The notes: a model not told the origin generated them from the sequence alone. Counted from the stretch's first letter, positions 1 through 10,335 are shown. The stretch is 56,370 bases of DNA from a virus (IMGVR_UViG_3300032247_001505:1-56370), one strand, 5' to 3'. Translations and numbers: made by a program.

Positions 1-1
1 A

Positions 2-454
2 AAAGATATAACTGGTAAAACTGTAGTATATGTAGCTAGGCATACCTTAAGCAATGGTAATCCTAGATATATTAATTACCCTAGTAAAGTACAAATTCCA
101 CTATTTCCTCCACAAGTACCTAGCGGACATAAAAGCTTAGTATTAGTGGAAGGAATATTTGATATGTTAAATCTATACGACAAAGGTTTAAAAAATGTTG
201 CCTGTACTTTTGGTACAAATACACTACAAGCCGATACAAAATTAAAATTATTTCCTTATAAAGTACAAGGTGTTACCCACATATACATATTATTTGATGG
301 AGATAGTGCCGGAGAAAAAGCATCAGAAACTTTAAAAACAACGCTTGAAGAACTAGAATTTATAGTAGAAATTGTTAAATTGCCTGATGGAACAGATCCT
401 GGTGATTTAGATCAGCTTGATGTACAAAGCATTGCGGAATATATTAAAAAATAA
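2..454 (+). CDS. DNA primase, C-terminal part (TOPRIM domain), truncated by window start
   Basis: Frame is open from nt 2 into the 146-454 ORF; TOPRIM motifs LVEGIFD and FDGDSAG, C-terminal DPGDL; directly upstream of the polymerase as in T5. Confidence 0.9.
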   Translation, partial: KDITGKTVVYVARHTLSNGNPRYINYPSKVQIPLFPPQVPSGHKSLVLVEGIFDMLNLYDKGLKNVACTFGTNTLQADTKLKLFPYKVQGVTHIYILFDGDSAGEKASETLKTTLEELEFIVEIVKLPDGTDPGDLDQLDVQSIAEYIKK

Positions 455-455
455 C

Positions 456-484
456 TTGACTTTACTAGCCAAATACGCTATAAT
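456..484 (+). promoter_or_regulatory. sigma70-type promoter
   Basis: TTGACT-17 nt-TATAAT upstream of the polymerase RBS (GGAG). Confidence 0.85.
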
Positions 485-504
485 AAAGTATTACTGGAGA
501 ATTA

Positions 505-2787
505 ATGAAACGAGTTGCCCTAATTGATAAAGCACCAAATCGTACAAACTACAAGGAATACTTCCCCTTTGAGTTTGAACATTTTCACATGAGTCAGGTG
601 CCGATTACAAAATTATTGAAAAAAGACGTTACACTAGAGTTCGACCCTAAACCGTATGATCTTGTCATCTTAGTAGGCGCTGAGGCTGCTAAAGAATATG
701 CTAAAGTTACTAGCGTAACAAATTACGCTGGTCAATTAGTCAACGAAAAATTTGTACCAATTACAAACCCAGCTATGCTGGCGTTTAAACCTGAGGGCAA
801 ACCTGACTTTCAACGAGCTGTAGATAAGATAATCAAGTATTATAATGATAGTGTTGCTGCACCTACTACTGGTGATTTTGCTGGTATTGATGACACAAAC
901 CAAGCCAAAGCCTACCTACAAGAAATCTTGGCAAATGCTCAAGGTTATGTAGCTTGGGACACAGAAACAACTGCACTGTATCCACGAGACGGATATGTGC
1001 TTGGAGTCTCCTTAACCTACAAAGCTAAACAGGGGCGATACATTACCACAGACTGCATGGATGAGGAGTGTATTGAATTGCTGCAACGGATTGCCAATGA
1101 ATTTTATACCATTTTTCATAATATGAAATTTGACTATAAAATGATTCAATATCATCTTGACATTACATTTCCTAGGGATAAGGTACATGATACTATGGTC
1201 ATGCATTATGCCTTAGACGAAACTGACAGTCATGGTTTAAAGCAATTAGCATTAAAGTACACAGACTATGGTGACTATGATAGTGCCCTAGATGAATTTA
1301 AACGTGACTATTGCACACAACACGGATTGTTGCAAGAACAATTTAGCTATGATTTAATTCCATTTGATATTATCAGCGAATACGCCTCAATTGACACAGC
1401 AGTAACTTTTGAGTTATTTCACAAGTTTTGGCCTATTGTTCAAGCTAATAATAAAATTAACTGGGTTTATAAAAACTTGTTAATAGATGGTACACTATTC
1501 TTAATGGATATGGAAGAAGTAGGCATTCCTATTTGCAAAGACCGAATGGCCAGAGCTAACATATACTTGGATGAACAAATTCAAAATGCCAAAGAAGTAG
1601 TATTTGGTTTTGATGCAGTTAAACAATTTGAACAAGCTAGTAGTAAAATATTTAATCCTAATAGTGTAATGCAGTTGCGAGAAGTGCTATTTGATTACTT
1701 AGGTTTAGAACCAACTGGCAAGAAAACTGGCACTGGCGCAATTTCAACTGATGCTGAAGTTTTAGCACAACTTGCTGAAGAACATGAACTGCCAGGTGCA
1801 ATTCTTAAAGTCAGGCAGCTTAGCAAAATTCAAAATACTTATATTCAAAAAATCCTACCGGAGTTGGACAAAGATGGGCGAATTCGTACAAATTTTAATC
1901 TTATTTTTACCACTAGTGGCAGGCTGTCTAGTAGTGGCAAATTTAACGCTCAGCAGATTCCACGCGACAATCCAATCATTAAAGGATGTATCCGTGCACC
2001 AGCTGGATACAAAATAGTTTCACAAGACTTAGCTACTGCAGAAATGTATTATGCTGCTGTACTCAGTGGCGACAAAAACCTGCAACAAGTATTTTCAAGC
2101 GGCGGAGACTTTCACTCAACAATTGCTAAAATGGTATTTAATTTGCCGTGTCCTGTGGAAGCAGTTAAAAAAGAGTACGGCAGTATGCGTCAAAGTGCAA
2201 AGGCAATTAGTTTTGGTATTCTTTATGGTAGTGGTGCTAATAAAGTTTCGCAAACTGTAAGTAAAGCAACTGGTGAATTATACCCAGTAGAACAAGCTCG
2301 TGAAGATATTAAAGCCTACTTTGGCAAATTTAATAGACTAAAACACTGGCTAGATGAGCGCAAGAGTTTTATTGAACAAAATGGGTTTACTTACAGCTTT
2401 TTTGGTAGAAAGCGCAGGCTGCCTAATGTGTTTAGCAGTGATAAGGGTATTGCTGCACATGAGGTACGTAGCGGTATTAATGCTGAAGTACAGTCACTAG
2501 CTAGTGATGTTAACTTATTAGGTGCTATGCGAACTGCTAGGCACATTGTGCAAGAAGGCTTGGATGCAAAAATCTTTATGCTTGTACATGACTCTATTGT
2601 GGCTATAGTAAAAGCCGAACACGTTAATGATTATTGCCAAATACTTAAACTAAATACTCAGCACGATCACGGTTGTAGTATTCAGGGCACACCTATTGGT
2701 GTTGACCAAGACATAGGCGATGACTATAGTTTTGGAGATTTTGAGGTGCAGTATGAACTTACTGGAGATAAGCTGGCCCGTGTTTAG
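505..2787 (+). CDS. polA: DNA polymerase family A (T5-like) with 3'-5' exonuclease
   Basis: Exo motifs WDTETT, FHNMKFD, YASID; TTSGRLSSS; motif A QDLATAE, motif B RQSAKAISFGILYG, motif C LVHDS. Confidence 0.97.
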   Translation: MKRVALIDKAPNRTNYKEYFPFEFEHFHMSQVPITKLLKKDVTLEFDPKPYDLVILVGAEAAKEYAKVTSVTNYAGQLVNEKFVPITNPAMLAFKPEGKPDFQRAVDKIIKYYNDSVAAPTTGDFAGIDDTNQAKAYLQEILANAQGYVAWDTETTALYPRDGYVLGVSLTYKAKQGRYITTDCMDEECIELLQRIANEFYTIFHNMKFDYKMIQYHLDITFPRDKVHDTMVMHYALDETDSHGLKQLALKYTDYGDYDSALDEFKRDYCTQHGLLQEQFSYDLIPFDIISEYASIDTAVTFELFHKFWPIVQANNKINWVYKNLLIDGTLFLMDMEEVGIPICKDRMARANIYLDEQIQNAKEVVFGFDAVKQFEQASSKIFNPNSVMQLREVLFDYLGLEPTGKKTGTGAISTDAEVLAQLAEEHELPGAILKVRQLSKIQNTYIQKILPELDKDGRIRTNFNLIFTTSGRLSSSGKFNAQQIPRDNPIIKGCIRAPAGYKIVSQDLATAEMYYAAVLSGDKNLQQVFSSGGDFHSTIAKMVFNLPCPVEAVKKEYGSMRQSAKAISFGILYGSGANKVSQTVSKATGELYPVEQAREDIKAYFGKFNRLKHWLDERKSFIEQNGFTYSFFGRKRRLPNVFSSDKGIAAHEVRSGINAEVQSLASDVNLLGAMRTARHIVQEGLDAKIFMLVHDSIVAIVKAEHVNDYCQILKLNTQHDHGCSIQGTPIGVDQDIGDDYSFGDFEVQYELTGDKLARV

Positions 2788-3280
2788 ATTAGGCGAACAT
2801 AAGCCTACTATAGAAAACAACCTTGTCTACTACTCAAAAGAGTATGTAGACAAGGAGTCGCTAGAAACTAAAATAGGCCTACGCATTGTAGACGATAAAT
2901 CTGTGCAAGGAGCAACCTTAGGCCTGCGTAGATTAGCAATAGTGGATGTTAAACTTTTTCCTATACGTCAAGCACTCTACTTTTTAGGTGATTTAATTAA
3001 AATAGCAAAACAAACTACGTGGTTTATTGACAACACTGGCAAGGTGTTTCAGTACAGAAAATCTAGTCGCGCCAAGCTGGCTGCGCACAAGATCACAAAA
3101 GTTTTGCCGCTTGATGGTATGGGTGCTGTAGTAGAAGTGCAAGGTCTACCGCAACGGTTTAAGTGTATGTATGCACCTAAACCAGATCAATACTACGCTG
3201 GTATACTACGTTGGGGATTGGGTTATGTATTATATGGATTTTACAATGAAGCATTTAAAACAACGCATAGGTTAGTATAG
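2753..3280 (+). CDS. conserved T5-like hypothetical protein between polymerase and D10
   Basis: ORF 2720-3280, likely ATG start at 2753 (MNLLEISWPVFRL); syntenic with T5-like phages. Confidence 0.7.
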   Translation: MNLLEISWPVFRLGEHKPTIENNLVYYSKEYVDKESLETKIGLRIVDDKSVQGATLGLRRLAIVDVKLFPIRQALYFLGDLIKIAKQTTWFIDNTGKVFQYRKSSRAKLAAHKITKVLPLDGMGAVVEVQGLPQRFKCMYAPKPDQYYAGILRWGLGYVLYGFYNEAFKTTHRLV

Positions 3281-4575
3281 TGGCTAAAGCAATTATCTCT
3301 AACAGAATCTACTTAGATAATCCTGGTGTAGAAGAAACCAAGCAGATTATAAAAACGCTTACTTATAAAATTCATAAGGACACAGGCAGCAAGCAGTTTA
3401 GTACAGTAGAAACTATAAAAAACTACAAAATATTGCCTAAAAATATCCTAAGTTTACCACAAGGCAGACTAGACTTAATACCTAGTGGTTATGAAATTGT
3501 AGATAAACGTACACAAGTATCAGTACCTTTTCCTGACCCTAAATTTGCACTACGCGACACACAGCAGGTAGTTTATGATGAAATTCAGGATACTTGCTTT
3601 ATTAATGCACTAGTAGGTTGGGGCAAAACTTTTACTGCACTACACGTAGCTAAAAAATTAGGGCAAAAAACACTAGTAGTTACACATACTACTGCCCTAC
3701 GAGATCAGTGGCGTGAAGAAGTACAAACACTATTTGGTATGCCAGCAGGTGTTATTGGTGGTGGTAGTATGGACTGGGAAGATCATGCTATTACAGTAGC
3801 TAATGTTCAAACACTAGTAAAATATAGTGCAAAACTAAGCAAAGAATTTGGTACTATAATCCTAGACGAAGCGCATCATTGCCCGGCTAGTACTTTTTCA
3901 CAATTAATAGATGACTTTCATGCTCGTTATAGAATAGCACTTAGTGGAACTATGATCAGAAAAGACGGCAAGCACGTAATGTTTGCTGATTTTTTTGGCA
4001 GTAAAGTATATAAGCCTCCACAATCGCATACACTAAATCCTGAAGTTAAACTAATACAAACAGGCATTACCTTAAAACCTGGAGCAACTTGGGTAGAAAA
4101 AATCAATCATCTTACAGAAGATGAAGACTATCAAGCATTTATTGCTGAATTAGCAAAAATTCAAGTTGCACTTGGATACCAAGTTTTAGTTATTGCAGAT
4201 AGAGTTGGATTCTTACAAAAGGTAAAAGAATATGTTGGAGAAACGTGCGTGTTGGTTACTGGTGAAACCAATTTTGAACAACGTCAACAAATCAAACAAC
4301 AACTACTCACAAAAGAAAAAATGTGCATTGCTGGCAGCAGACAAATCTTTAGTGAAGGCATCTCAATAAATTCACTTAGTTGCGTTATCTTAGCAGTTCC
4401 TATTGCAAATGATAGTTTACTAGAACAAATTGTTGGCAGAATTCAACGTCAGCATGAGGATAAACTAGTTCCAGTAGTCCTAGATATGCAATTTTCAGGT
4501 TTTATGGATAAAAAACAAAACAGGGATAGACTTGGATTTTATATGCGTAAAGGCTGGAACATTGAACTGGTATAA
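3280..4575 (+). CDS. D10: SF2 DEAH helicase (T5 D10 / UvsW-like)
   Basis: Walker A GWGKT, LDEAHH, ALSGT, EQIVGRIQR. Confidence 0.92.
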   Translation: MAKAIISNRIYLDNPGVEETKQIIKTLTYKIHKDTGSKQFSTVETIKNYKILPKNILSLPQGRLDLIPSGYEIVDKRTQVSVPFPDPKFALRDTQQVVYDEIQDTCFINALVGWGKTFTALHVAKKLGQKTLVVTHTTALRDQWREEVQTLFGMPAGVIGGGSMDWEDHAITVANVQTLVKYSAKLSKEFGTIILDEAHHCPASTFSQLIDDFHARYRIALSGTMIRKDGKHVMFADFFGSKVYKPPQSHTLNPEVKLIQTGITLKPGATWVEKINHLTEDEDYQAFIAELAKIQVALGYQVLVIADRVGFLQKVKEYVGETCVLVTGETNFEQRQQIKQQLLTKEKMCIAGSRQIFSEGISINSLSCVILAVPIANDSLLEQIVGRIQRQHEDKLVPVVLDMQFSGFMDKKQNRDRLGFYMRKGWNIELV

Positions 4576-4585
4576 AAATTTACAC

Positions 4586-4614
4586 TTGTAAATCCACACA
4601 CATTATGTTATAAT
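4586..4614 (+). promoter_or_regulatory. sigma70-type promoter (extended -10)
   Basis: TTGTAA-17 nt-TATAAT with TG upstream of the -10 box. Confidence 0.75.
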
Positions 4615-4633
4615 ATATTCTTAAATCCTAAAA

Positions 4634-5020
4634 ATGACTTTATTTTTTAACATCAATGTTTTACTCAGAGACACCTTAGGTGATCCTGAATATATGGTAG
4701 AAGCCTTGCACAAATTTTACCGAGGCATATCTATACCAAAAAACAAGCATGAAAAATACAAGCCATTGCAAAGATTACGGGCAGGCAGTAGTTTTTTACT
4801 AAAACCTGAACCATTTTTTAAACACACGGGCATAGACTCGGTATATAGAGCACAGTACATTAGATTAGCTGCATTAAGAAATTATGGTTTATATAAAACC
4901 TATCAGATTAAATCTGTAGACTTAACACTATATCCTGACATTGATTTAAACAATATAAAATCAAACCCGCTTTTAATAATTGCTAACAAACAAATTAAAT
5001 TTATACACGAGGAAACTTAA
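4634..5020 (+). CDS. T5-like hypothetical protein upstream of D11
   Basis: 128-aa ORF with AQYIRLAALRNY motif; synteny. Confidence 0.7.
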   Translation: MTLFFNINVLLRDTLGDPEYMVEALHKFYRGISIPKNKHEKYKPLQRLRAGSSFLLKPEPFFKHTGIDSVYRAQYIRLAALRNYGLYKTYQIKSVDLTLYPDIDLNNIKSNPLLIIANKQIKFIHEET

Positions 5021-5022
5021 AA

Positions 5023-5658
5023 ATGGCACTAAGCTTTAAGCAAACCAAAGGCCGCGCACAAAAATCTTCAGTTGAAAGCTACGAGTACAAAGACGGCGAA
5101 AATACTGTTCGTTTAATTGGCGGCGTATTACCACGTTATGTTTACTGGGTTAAAGGCACTAATAACAAAGACATTCCTATTGAGTGTTTGGCTTTTAGTC
5201 GTGAAAAGGAAAAGTTTGACAATCTAGAAAAAGATTGGGTTCCTGAATTTCATCAAGACTTACGTTGTAGCTGGAGTTATGCAGTTAACTGTATTGACCC
5301 TAAAGAAGGCAAAGTAAAAGTTCTTAACTTAAAAAAGAAACTATTTGAACAAATTCTTACAGCAGCAGAAGATCTAGGCGATCCTACTGATCCAGAAAAT
5401 GGTTGGGATGTAGTATTTAAACGAGTAAAAACAGGTCCGCTTGCTTATAATGTAGAGTATACCCTACAAGTACTACGTTGCAAGCCACGTAAACTAACGG
5501 ATCAAGAACTAGAATTAGCAGAAAAAGCACTGCCTATTGACGAAAAATATCCTCGTGCAAATCCTGATGAAATCAAAGCACTACTTGAAAAACTGCAAGC
5601 AGGTGTAGAAGAAGAACAATCACAAAACGATCAAGAAGCTGTAAAAGAGCTAGGTTAA
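5023..5658 (+). CDS. D11: single-stranded DNA-binding protein (T5 D11-like)
   Basis: GENTVRLIGGVLPRYVYW, acidic C-terminal tail, position before D12/D13. Confidence 0.8.
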   Translation: MALSFKQTKGRAQKSSVESYEYKDGENTVRLIGGVLPRYVYWVKGTNNKDIPIECLAFSREKEKFDNLEKDWVPEFHQDLRCSWSYAVNCIDPKEGKVKVLNLKKKLFEQILTAAEDLGDPTDPENGWDVVFKRVKTGPLAYNVEYTLQVLRCKPRKLTDQELELAEKALPIDEKYPRANPDEIKALLEKLQAGVEEEQSQNDQEAVKELG

Positions 5659-5664
5659 CCACAA

Positions 5665-5700
5665 AGCCCGCTAGAGTTATCAGCTTTAGCGGGCTATTTT
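5665..5700 (+). terminator. intrinsic terminator
   Basis: AGCCCGCTA...TAGCGGGCT stem followed by ATTTT just after the D11 stop. Confidence 0.75.
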
Positions 5701-5712
5701 GTCTGGTAAAAA

Positions 5713-6666
5713 ATGAATATATTATTCACAGCAGATATACATATAAAACTGGGTCAAAAAAATGTCCCAGTTGAATGGGCAAAAAATAGATTTAATCTGT
5801 TTATTGAACAATTTAAAAAAATGCAACGGCATGCTGAACTAGTGGTTTTAGGCGGCGATATATTTGACCGCTTGCCTACAATGGACGAAGTAGAACTCTA
5901 CTTTGATCTAATAGCCAGTATCGACGTAGAGTGCATAGTCTACCCTGGTAACCATGAAATGCTTAAAAAAGATACTACTTTTTTAAGTTATTTAAAACGT
6001 GCTACCACTAGAATCAATCCATTAGTAACTATTGTAGATGATTTTTATACCAGACACGGTATTGATTTTATACCCTACAATAAACTAAAAGAACTGGAAA
6101 CTACAAAATATACTTTTGCGGAAAAGATTTTGTGTACTCATGTACGCGGAGAAATTCCACCACACGTTAAACCCGAAATTGATCTTAGCTTACTAGATCG
6201 TTGGCAACTAGTACTAGCAGGAGATTTGCACAGCTATGAGAACTCACAAAGAAATATTATATATCCAGGCAGCCCTTATACTACTAGCTTTCACCGTAGC
6301 GAGGTTAATACTGGAGCTATATTACTAGATTGTGATAGTTTAACACATACTTGGATGCCTTTTCAATTACCACAGCTTATTAAACAAACTGTAGGAGTAC
6401 ATGACCCTAAACCGCAAACCCTGTTTCACCACACAATTTATGAAATTGAAGGTGACTTGCATGAGCTGGGTCAGGTAGAGGACAACGACTTAATTGATAA
6501 AAAAGTAGTTAAACGTGCACAAGAAACTCAGTTAATCCTAGATCCAGAACTTAGTTTAGGCGAAGAAGTCAGGGAATACTTAACTTATATTCTACAACTT
6601 AATGAAACAGCCGTTGCTGAAACATTAAAAGAATTCTATAATTACGCAGATAAGTTAGAAATATGA
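5713..6666 (+). CDS. D12: Mre11/SbcD-like metallophosphoesterase nuclease (T5 D12)
   Basis: ADIH, GGDIFD, PGNHE, AGDLH, YPGSP motifs. Confidence 0.93.
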   Translation: MNILFTADIHIKLGQKNVPVEWAKNRFNLFIEQFKKMQRHAELVVLGGDIFDRLPTMDEVELYFDLIASIDVECIVYPGNHEMLKKDTTFLSYLKRATTRINPLVTIVDDFYTRHGIDFIPYNKLKELETTKYTFAEKILCTHVRGEIPPHVKPEIDLSLLDRWQLVLAGDLHSYENSQRNIIYPGSPYTTSFHRSEVNTGAILLDCDSLTHTWMPFQLPQLIKQTVGVHDPKPQTLFHHTIYEIEGDLHELGQVEDNDLIDKKVVKRAQETQLILDPELSLGEEVREYLTYILQLNETAVAETLKEFYNYADKLEI

Positions 6667-8459
6667 TCACATTAAAACAATTAACATGGTCTAATGCTTT
6701 TAGTTATGGCTTAAACAATACAATTAATTTTGCCGCAAACCAACTTACTCAACTTATGGGTAAAAATGGACATGGCAAAAGCAGTATAGCATTAATCCTA
6801 GAAGAAGTTTTGTTTAACAAAAACAGCAAAGGCATTAAAAAAGGCGATATTTTAAACCGTTATGTAAAAGACAAAAACTATCAAATTGAGTTAGTATTTG
6901 ACAAAGATGGTTGTGAATATAGAATAGAAACAAAACGAGGCGCTCAACAACAAGTAAAGTTGTATAAAGGCAACGAAGATATTAGTGGACATACTGCTAC
7001 TACTACTTACAAACACATTGAGCAATTAATTGGCATAGATCACAAAACTTTTTCACAGATTGTGTATCAAAGTCATGCTGGTAGCCTAGAGTTTTTAACT
7101 AGTCCAGATACTGCTAGAAAAAAGTTTTTGATTGAGTTGTTAAACTTAGGCAAATATACTCAGGCAGGAGAAGTGTTTAAGCAAGCAGCTGCAGAAATTG
7201 GCAAAGATGTTACTCAGGCTCAAGCTAAATTGGACACTATTAAGCAGTGGATTAGCAAGTACAGCAAAACAAGTTTTGAAACAAAAAGCTATCGTATAGT
7301 TAATGTACTAGATGATACTTTAGTAGCAGAAGCTAGTAGATTGTCAACTACTATTCAGGACATTGAAAAAACCAATAAAAAGATTGCACAAAACAATACC
7401 TATAAGCAACTAAAAGAAAAAATATCTATAACAAATATGCCAGAAAAACCAACACTAGATATAAGTGTTGCACTGGTTAAAAAGGCCGAATACGACAAAA
7501 CTATTCAAGATGCAGAAGTATTTAAAAATAAAATGCAAGCATTGCATGGCAATTGTCCTACCTGCTTGCAAGCTATAGACGAAGAAAAAACTGCTAAATT
7601 AATTACACAACAAGATCAACTTATTTCAGTTTCTAAACTTAACAGCGCACTACGAGCTGAAGAAATAAAAACTTATAATAATAAACTTAATACTTGGAAT
7701 AAAGCTCAACGAGATCAAGAAGATTGGGAAAAATATCATCAGTTAATTGATTTAGAACTACCAGATAATTTATTAGATAAAACAACACTACAACAACAAT
7801 TAACAAAACTACAAGAACAAATTGAGAAAACTAAACAAGAAATTGCCGAAACAGAAAAATACAATCATGAAGTAACTGCATATAATAATCGACTAGATTT
7901 AGTAAAATCACAAATAGTCGAAATGGAACAAGATCTTAGTGAATGGAATACTAAATCAACTCAATTAACCGCAAAACTAAATACTATTAATACATTAGTA
8001 AAAACATTTAGTACTACGGGATTAGTAGCCTATAAAATTGAAAATCTTGTAAAAGACCTAGAGCAACTAAGTAATGAATATCTAGGTGAACTTAGTGGTG
8101 GCAGATTTCAAATTAGTTTTCAAATTAGTGGTAGTGATAAATTAAATGTTGTTATTACCGACAATGGAATAGATATTGATATACTAGCACTTAGCGGCGG
8201 AGAACGAGCTAGGGTTAATGTAGCAACACTATTATCTATTCGTAAACTTATGCAAAGTCTAAGTCAAAGTAGAATTAACTTACTTATCTTAGACGAAACA
8301 ATTGAAGCATTAGACGTTGACGGCAAAGAAAGATTAATTGAAGTTTTACTAAAAGAAGAATCTCTTAATACAATACTTGTTAGTCACGGATTTAGTCATC
8401 CACTGTTAGAAAAACTACACGTTGTTAAACAAAACAACATTTCTAAACTCGAGGGATAA
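6663..8459 (+). CDS. D13: Rad50/SbcC-like ABC ATPase (T5 D13)
   Basis: GKNGHGKSS, zinc hook CPTC within coiled coil, LSGGE signature, LLILDE. Confidence 0.95.
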   Translation: MITLKQLTWSNAFSYGLNNTINFAANQLTQLMGKNGHGKSSIALILEEVLFNKNSKGIKKGDILNRYVKDKNYQIELVFDKDGCEYRIETKRGAQQQVKLYKGNEDISGHTATTTYKHIEQLIGIDHKTFSQIVYQSHAGSLEFLTSPDTARKKFLIELLNLGKYTQAGEVFKQAAAEIGKDVTQAQAKLDTIKQWISKYSKTSFETKSYRIVNVLDDTLVAEASRLSTTIQDIEKTNKKIAQNNTYKQLKEKISITNMPEKPTLDISVALVKKAEYDKTIQDAEVFKNKMQALHGNCPTCLQAIDEEKTAKLITQQDQLISVSKLNSALRAEEIKTYNNKLNTWNKAQRDQEDWEKYHQLIDLELPDNLLDKTTLQQQLTKLQEQIEKTKQEIAETEKYNHEVTAYNNRLDLVKSQIVEMEQDLSEWNTKSTQLTAKLNTINTLVKTFSTTGLVAYKIENLVKDLEQLSNEYLGELSGGRFQISFQISGSDKLNVVITDNGIDIDILALSGGERARVNVATLLSIRKLMQSLSQSRINLLILDETIEALDVDGKERLIEVLLKEESLNTILVSHGFSHPLLEKLHVVKQNNISKLEG

Positions 8460-8463
8460 TAAT

Positions 8464-8706
8464 ATGTATAAAATCGAAAATATAATCAATGCTAAAGCTA
8501 CTACTATTAGAGAAGGTAGAGAAACAGAGCTTAAAGTAGGTGATTATCTTACACAAGAAGAACTCAATACGCTAAAAGTTTATGGCGATAAACTAATCTA
8601 TAGAATTGATCAAGATTGCACTTCAGAAGTTTGTGGCATTGACATTGGCGCATATCAAGCAACTAATTTACCACCTGTAGAAGCATCAGCTAAAACTACT
8701 AAGTAA
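8464..8706 (+). CDS. hypothetical protein
   Basis: ORF fills the D13-D14 gap; likely ATG at 8464 after GAGGG; stop overlaps the D14 start. Confidence 0.6.
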   Translation: MYKIENIINAKATTIREGRETELKVGDYLTQEELNTLKVYGDKLIYRIDQDCTSEVCGIDIGAYQATNLPPVEASAKTTK

Positions 8707-9164
8707 TGGTTGATTCTAGAGCTAAAGGCGCTAGAACTGAAACAGTAATCAGGGACCTTCTCCGTAAACATACTCAATTAGGGTGGGAGCGGGTTCCTGG
8801 TTCAGGTGCACTAGATGAAAAACATGGATTAAAAGGCGATCTTTACGTTCCTAACTGTAAGAATATTTTTTGTGTTGAAGCCAAGGGGTATGCAGAAGAT
8901 CACTTAACTAGCGCAGTATTAACATCTAAATCACCACAATTATTAGAGTTCTGGCAACAAACTCTACGTCAAGCAAAACAAGTAAATAAATTACCATTAC
9001 TAGTATTTAAACACGATCGTAGTAAAGTTTTTGTGGCTTTTAGTAGTGACTACTGTATACCTGAAAGTTACAACCATGTATACATATACAGACAACCACA
9101 TAGCTTTTATGTTGCACTGTTAGAAGACTGGTTAACCTATGAGCGACCAGAATTTGTCGCTTGA
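8706..9164 (+). CDS. D14: PD-(D/E)XK nuclease / Holliday junction resolvase-like (T5 D14)
   Basis: SRAKGARTE, RVPGSGA, KGDL, VEAK. Confidence 0.85.
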   Translation: MVDSRAKGARTETVIRDLLRKHTQLGWERVPGSGALDEKHGLKGDLYVPNCKNIFCVEAKGYAEDHLTSAVLTSKSPQLLEFWQQTLRQAKQVNKLPLLVFKHDRSKVFVAFSSDYCIPESYNHVYIYRQPHSFYVALLEDWLTYERPEFVA

Positions 9165-9189
9165 CATTATAATAGAATTTTAGTATAAT
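9161..9189 (+). promoter_or_regulatory. consensus sigma70 promoter
   Basis: TTGACA-17 nt-TATAAT, perfect consensus. Confidence 0.9.
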
Positions 9190-9194
9190 ATTAA

Positions 9195-9491
9195 ATGACA
9201 AATACTTTAATAAAGCCAACCTTAGACTGGATATACAATGATTACAAATCCAATCGTTATCGGTTTACTATGGAGTTGGTTGCTTGGGCTCTTAGTATTG
9301 GGTGTGCTGCTGTCATGGCTGGAACAGTACCAAACCCTCCACTTATGGCTCTTTATCCCGCTTGGATTGCTGGTTGTACTATTTATGCCTGGTGTGCTTG
9401 GTCTCGCCGTTCATTTGGTATGCTGGCTAACTACTTCTTGCTTATCTCCATTGACACATTTGGCTTTATAAGACTACTAACCGCAGGATAA
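9195..9491 (+). CDS. small membrane protein with about three TM helices, unknown function
   Basis: Three hydrophobic segments; ATG about 5 nt after the -10 box. Confidence 0.65.
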   Translation: MTNTLIKPTLDWIYNDYKSNRYRFTMELVAWALSIGCAAVMAGTVPNPPLMALYPAWIAGCTIYAWCAWSRRSFGMLANYFLLISIDTFGFIRLLTAG

Positions 9492-9492
9492 T

Positions 9493-10335
9493 ATGAGTAA
9501 AACATTTCAACAAGTTACAGAACAAGAAAACTGCTTAATGGTAGTAGATGCCTTAAATTTAGCATTTCGTTGGAAACACAGCGGCGCTACAAATTTTGCT
9601 GAAGACTATCTACGCACAATAGAAAGTTTAAAGAAAAGTTATAAAGCCAAATGGGTAGTTATTGCAGCAGATCAAGGTTCAAGCAGCTATCGCAAAACAA
9701 TTTACCCTGAATACAAGCAAAATCGCAAAGATAAATTTGCTGAACAAACCGATGCTGAACGTGCAGCTTTTGAACTTTTCTTTGAAGATTATCAAGCCAG
9801 TTTAGATCACATTCGTGCAACTACTAGTTATCCAGTTATACAATTTAAACAAACTGAGGCTGACGACATTGCCGCATATATTGCTAGTATTCATCATCTG
9901 TTACCTGTTGATCATATGTGGATGATCTCAAGTGATAAAGACTGGGATTTGTTAGTAGGTGATAAAGTAAGCAGATTTAGTTATGTAACGCGCAAAGAAG
10001 TTACTGCTAATAACTGGCATACACACTATGATTTTCCACATGAAGACTATATTTCAATAAAGTGTTTAATGGGTGACAGTGGTGATAACGTACTAGGAGT
10101 AGAGGGTATTGGCCCTAAACGTGCGCAACAATTAATTACTGAGTATGGTAGTGCACTAGATATAGTAGCAGAATTACCTATTCAAAGTAAATTAAAATAT
10201 ATTAAAACACTTAATGAAAGTGGCAACAAGATTTTGCTCAATTATCAACTTATGGACCTAGTCACTTTTTGCCGTGATGCGCTTGGTGAAAATATTCATG
10301 AAATTGATGAAACTTTAAAAAATTATTGTAAATAA
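9493..10335 (+). CDS. D15: 5'-3' exonuclease / flap endonuclease (T5 D15)
   Basis: VVDALN, YPEYKQNRK, EADD, SSDKDW, GDSGDNVLGVEGIGPKRA (H3TH). Confidence 0.95.
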   Translation: MSKTFQQVTEQENCLMVVDALNLAFRWKHSGATNFAEDYLRTIESLKKSYKAKWVVIAADQGSSSYRKTIYPEYKQNRKDKFAEQTDAERAAFELFFEDYQASLDHIRATTSYPVIQFKQTEADDIAAYIASIHHLLPVDHMWMISSDKDWDLLVGDKVSRFSYVTRKEVTANNWHTHYDFPHEDYISIKCLMGDSGDNVLGVEGIGPKRAQQLITEYGSALDIVAELPIQSKLKYIKTLNESGNKILLNYQLMDLVTFCRDALGENIHEIDETLKNYCK

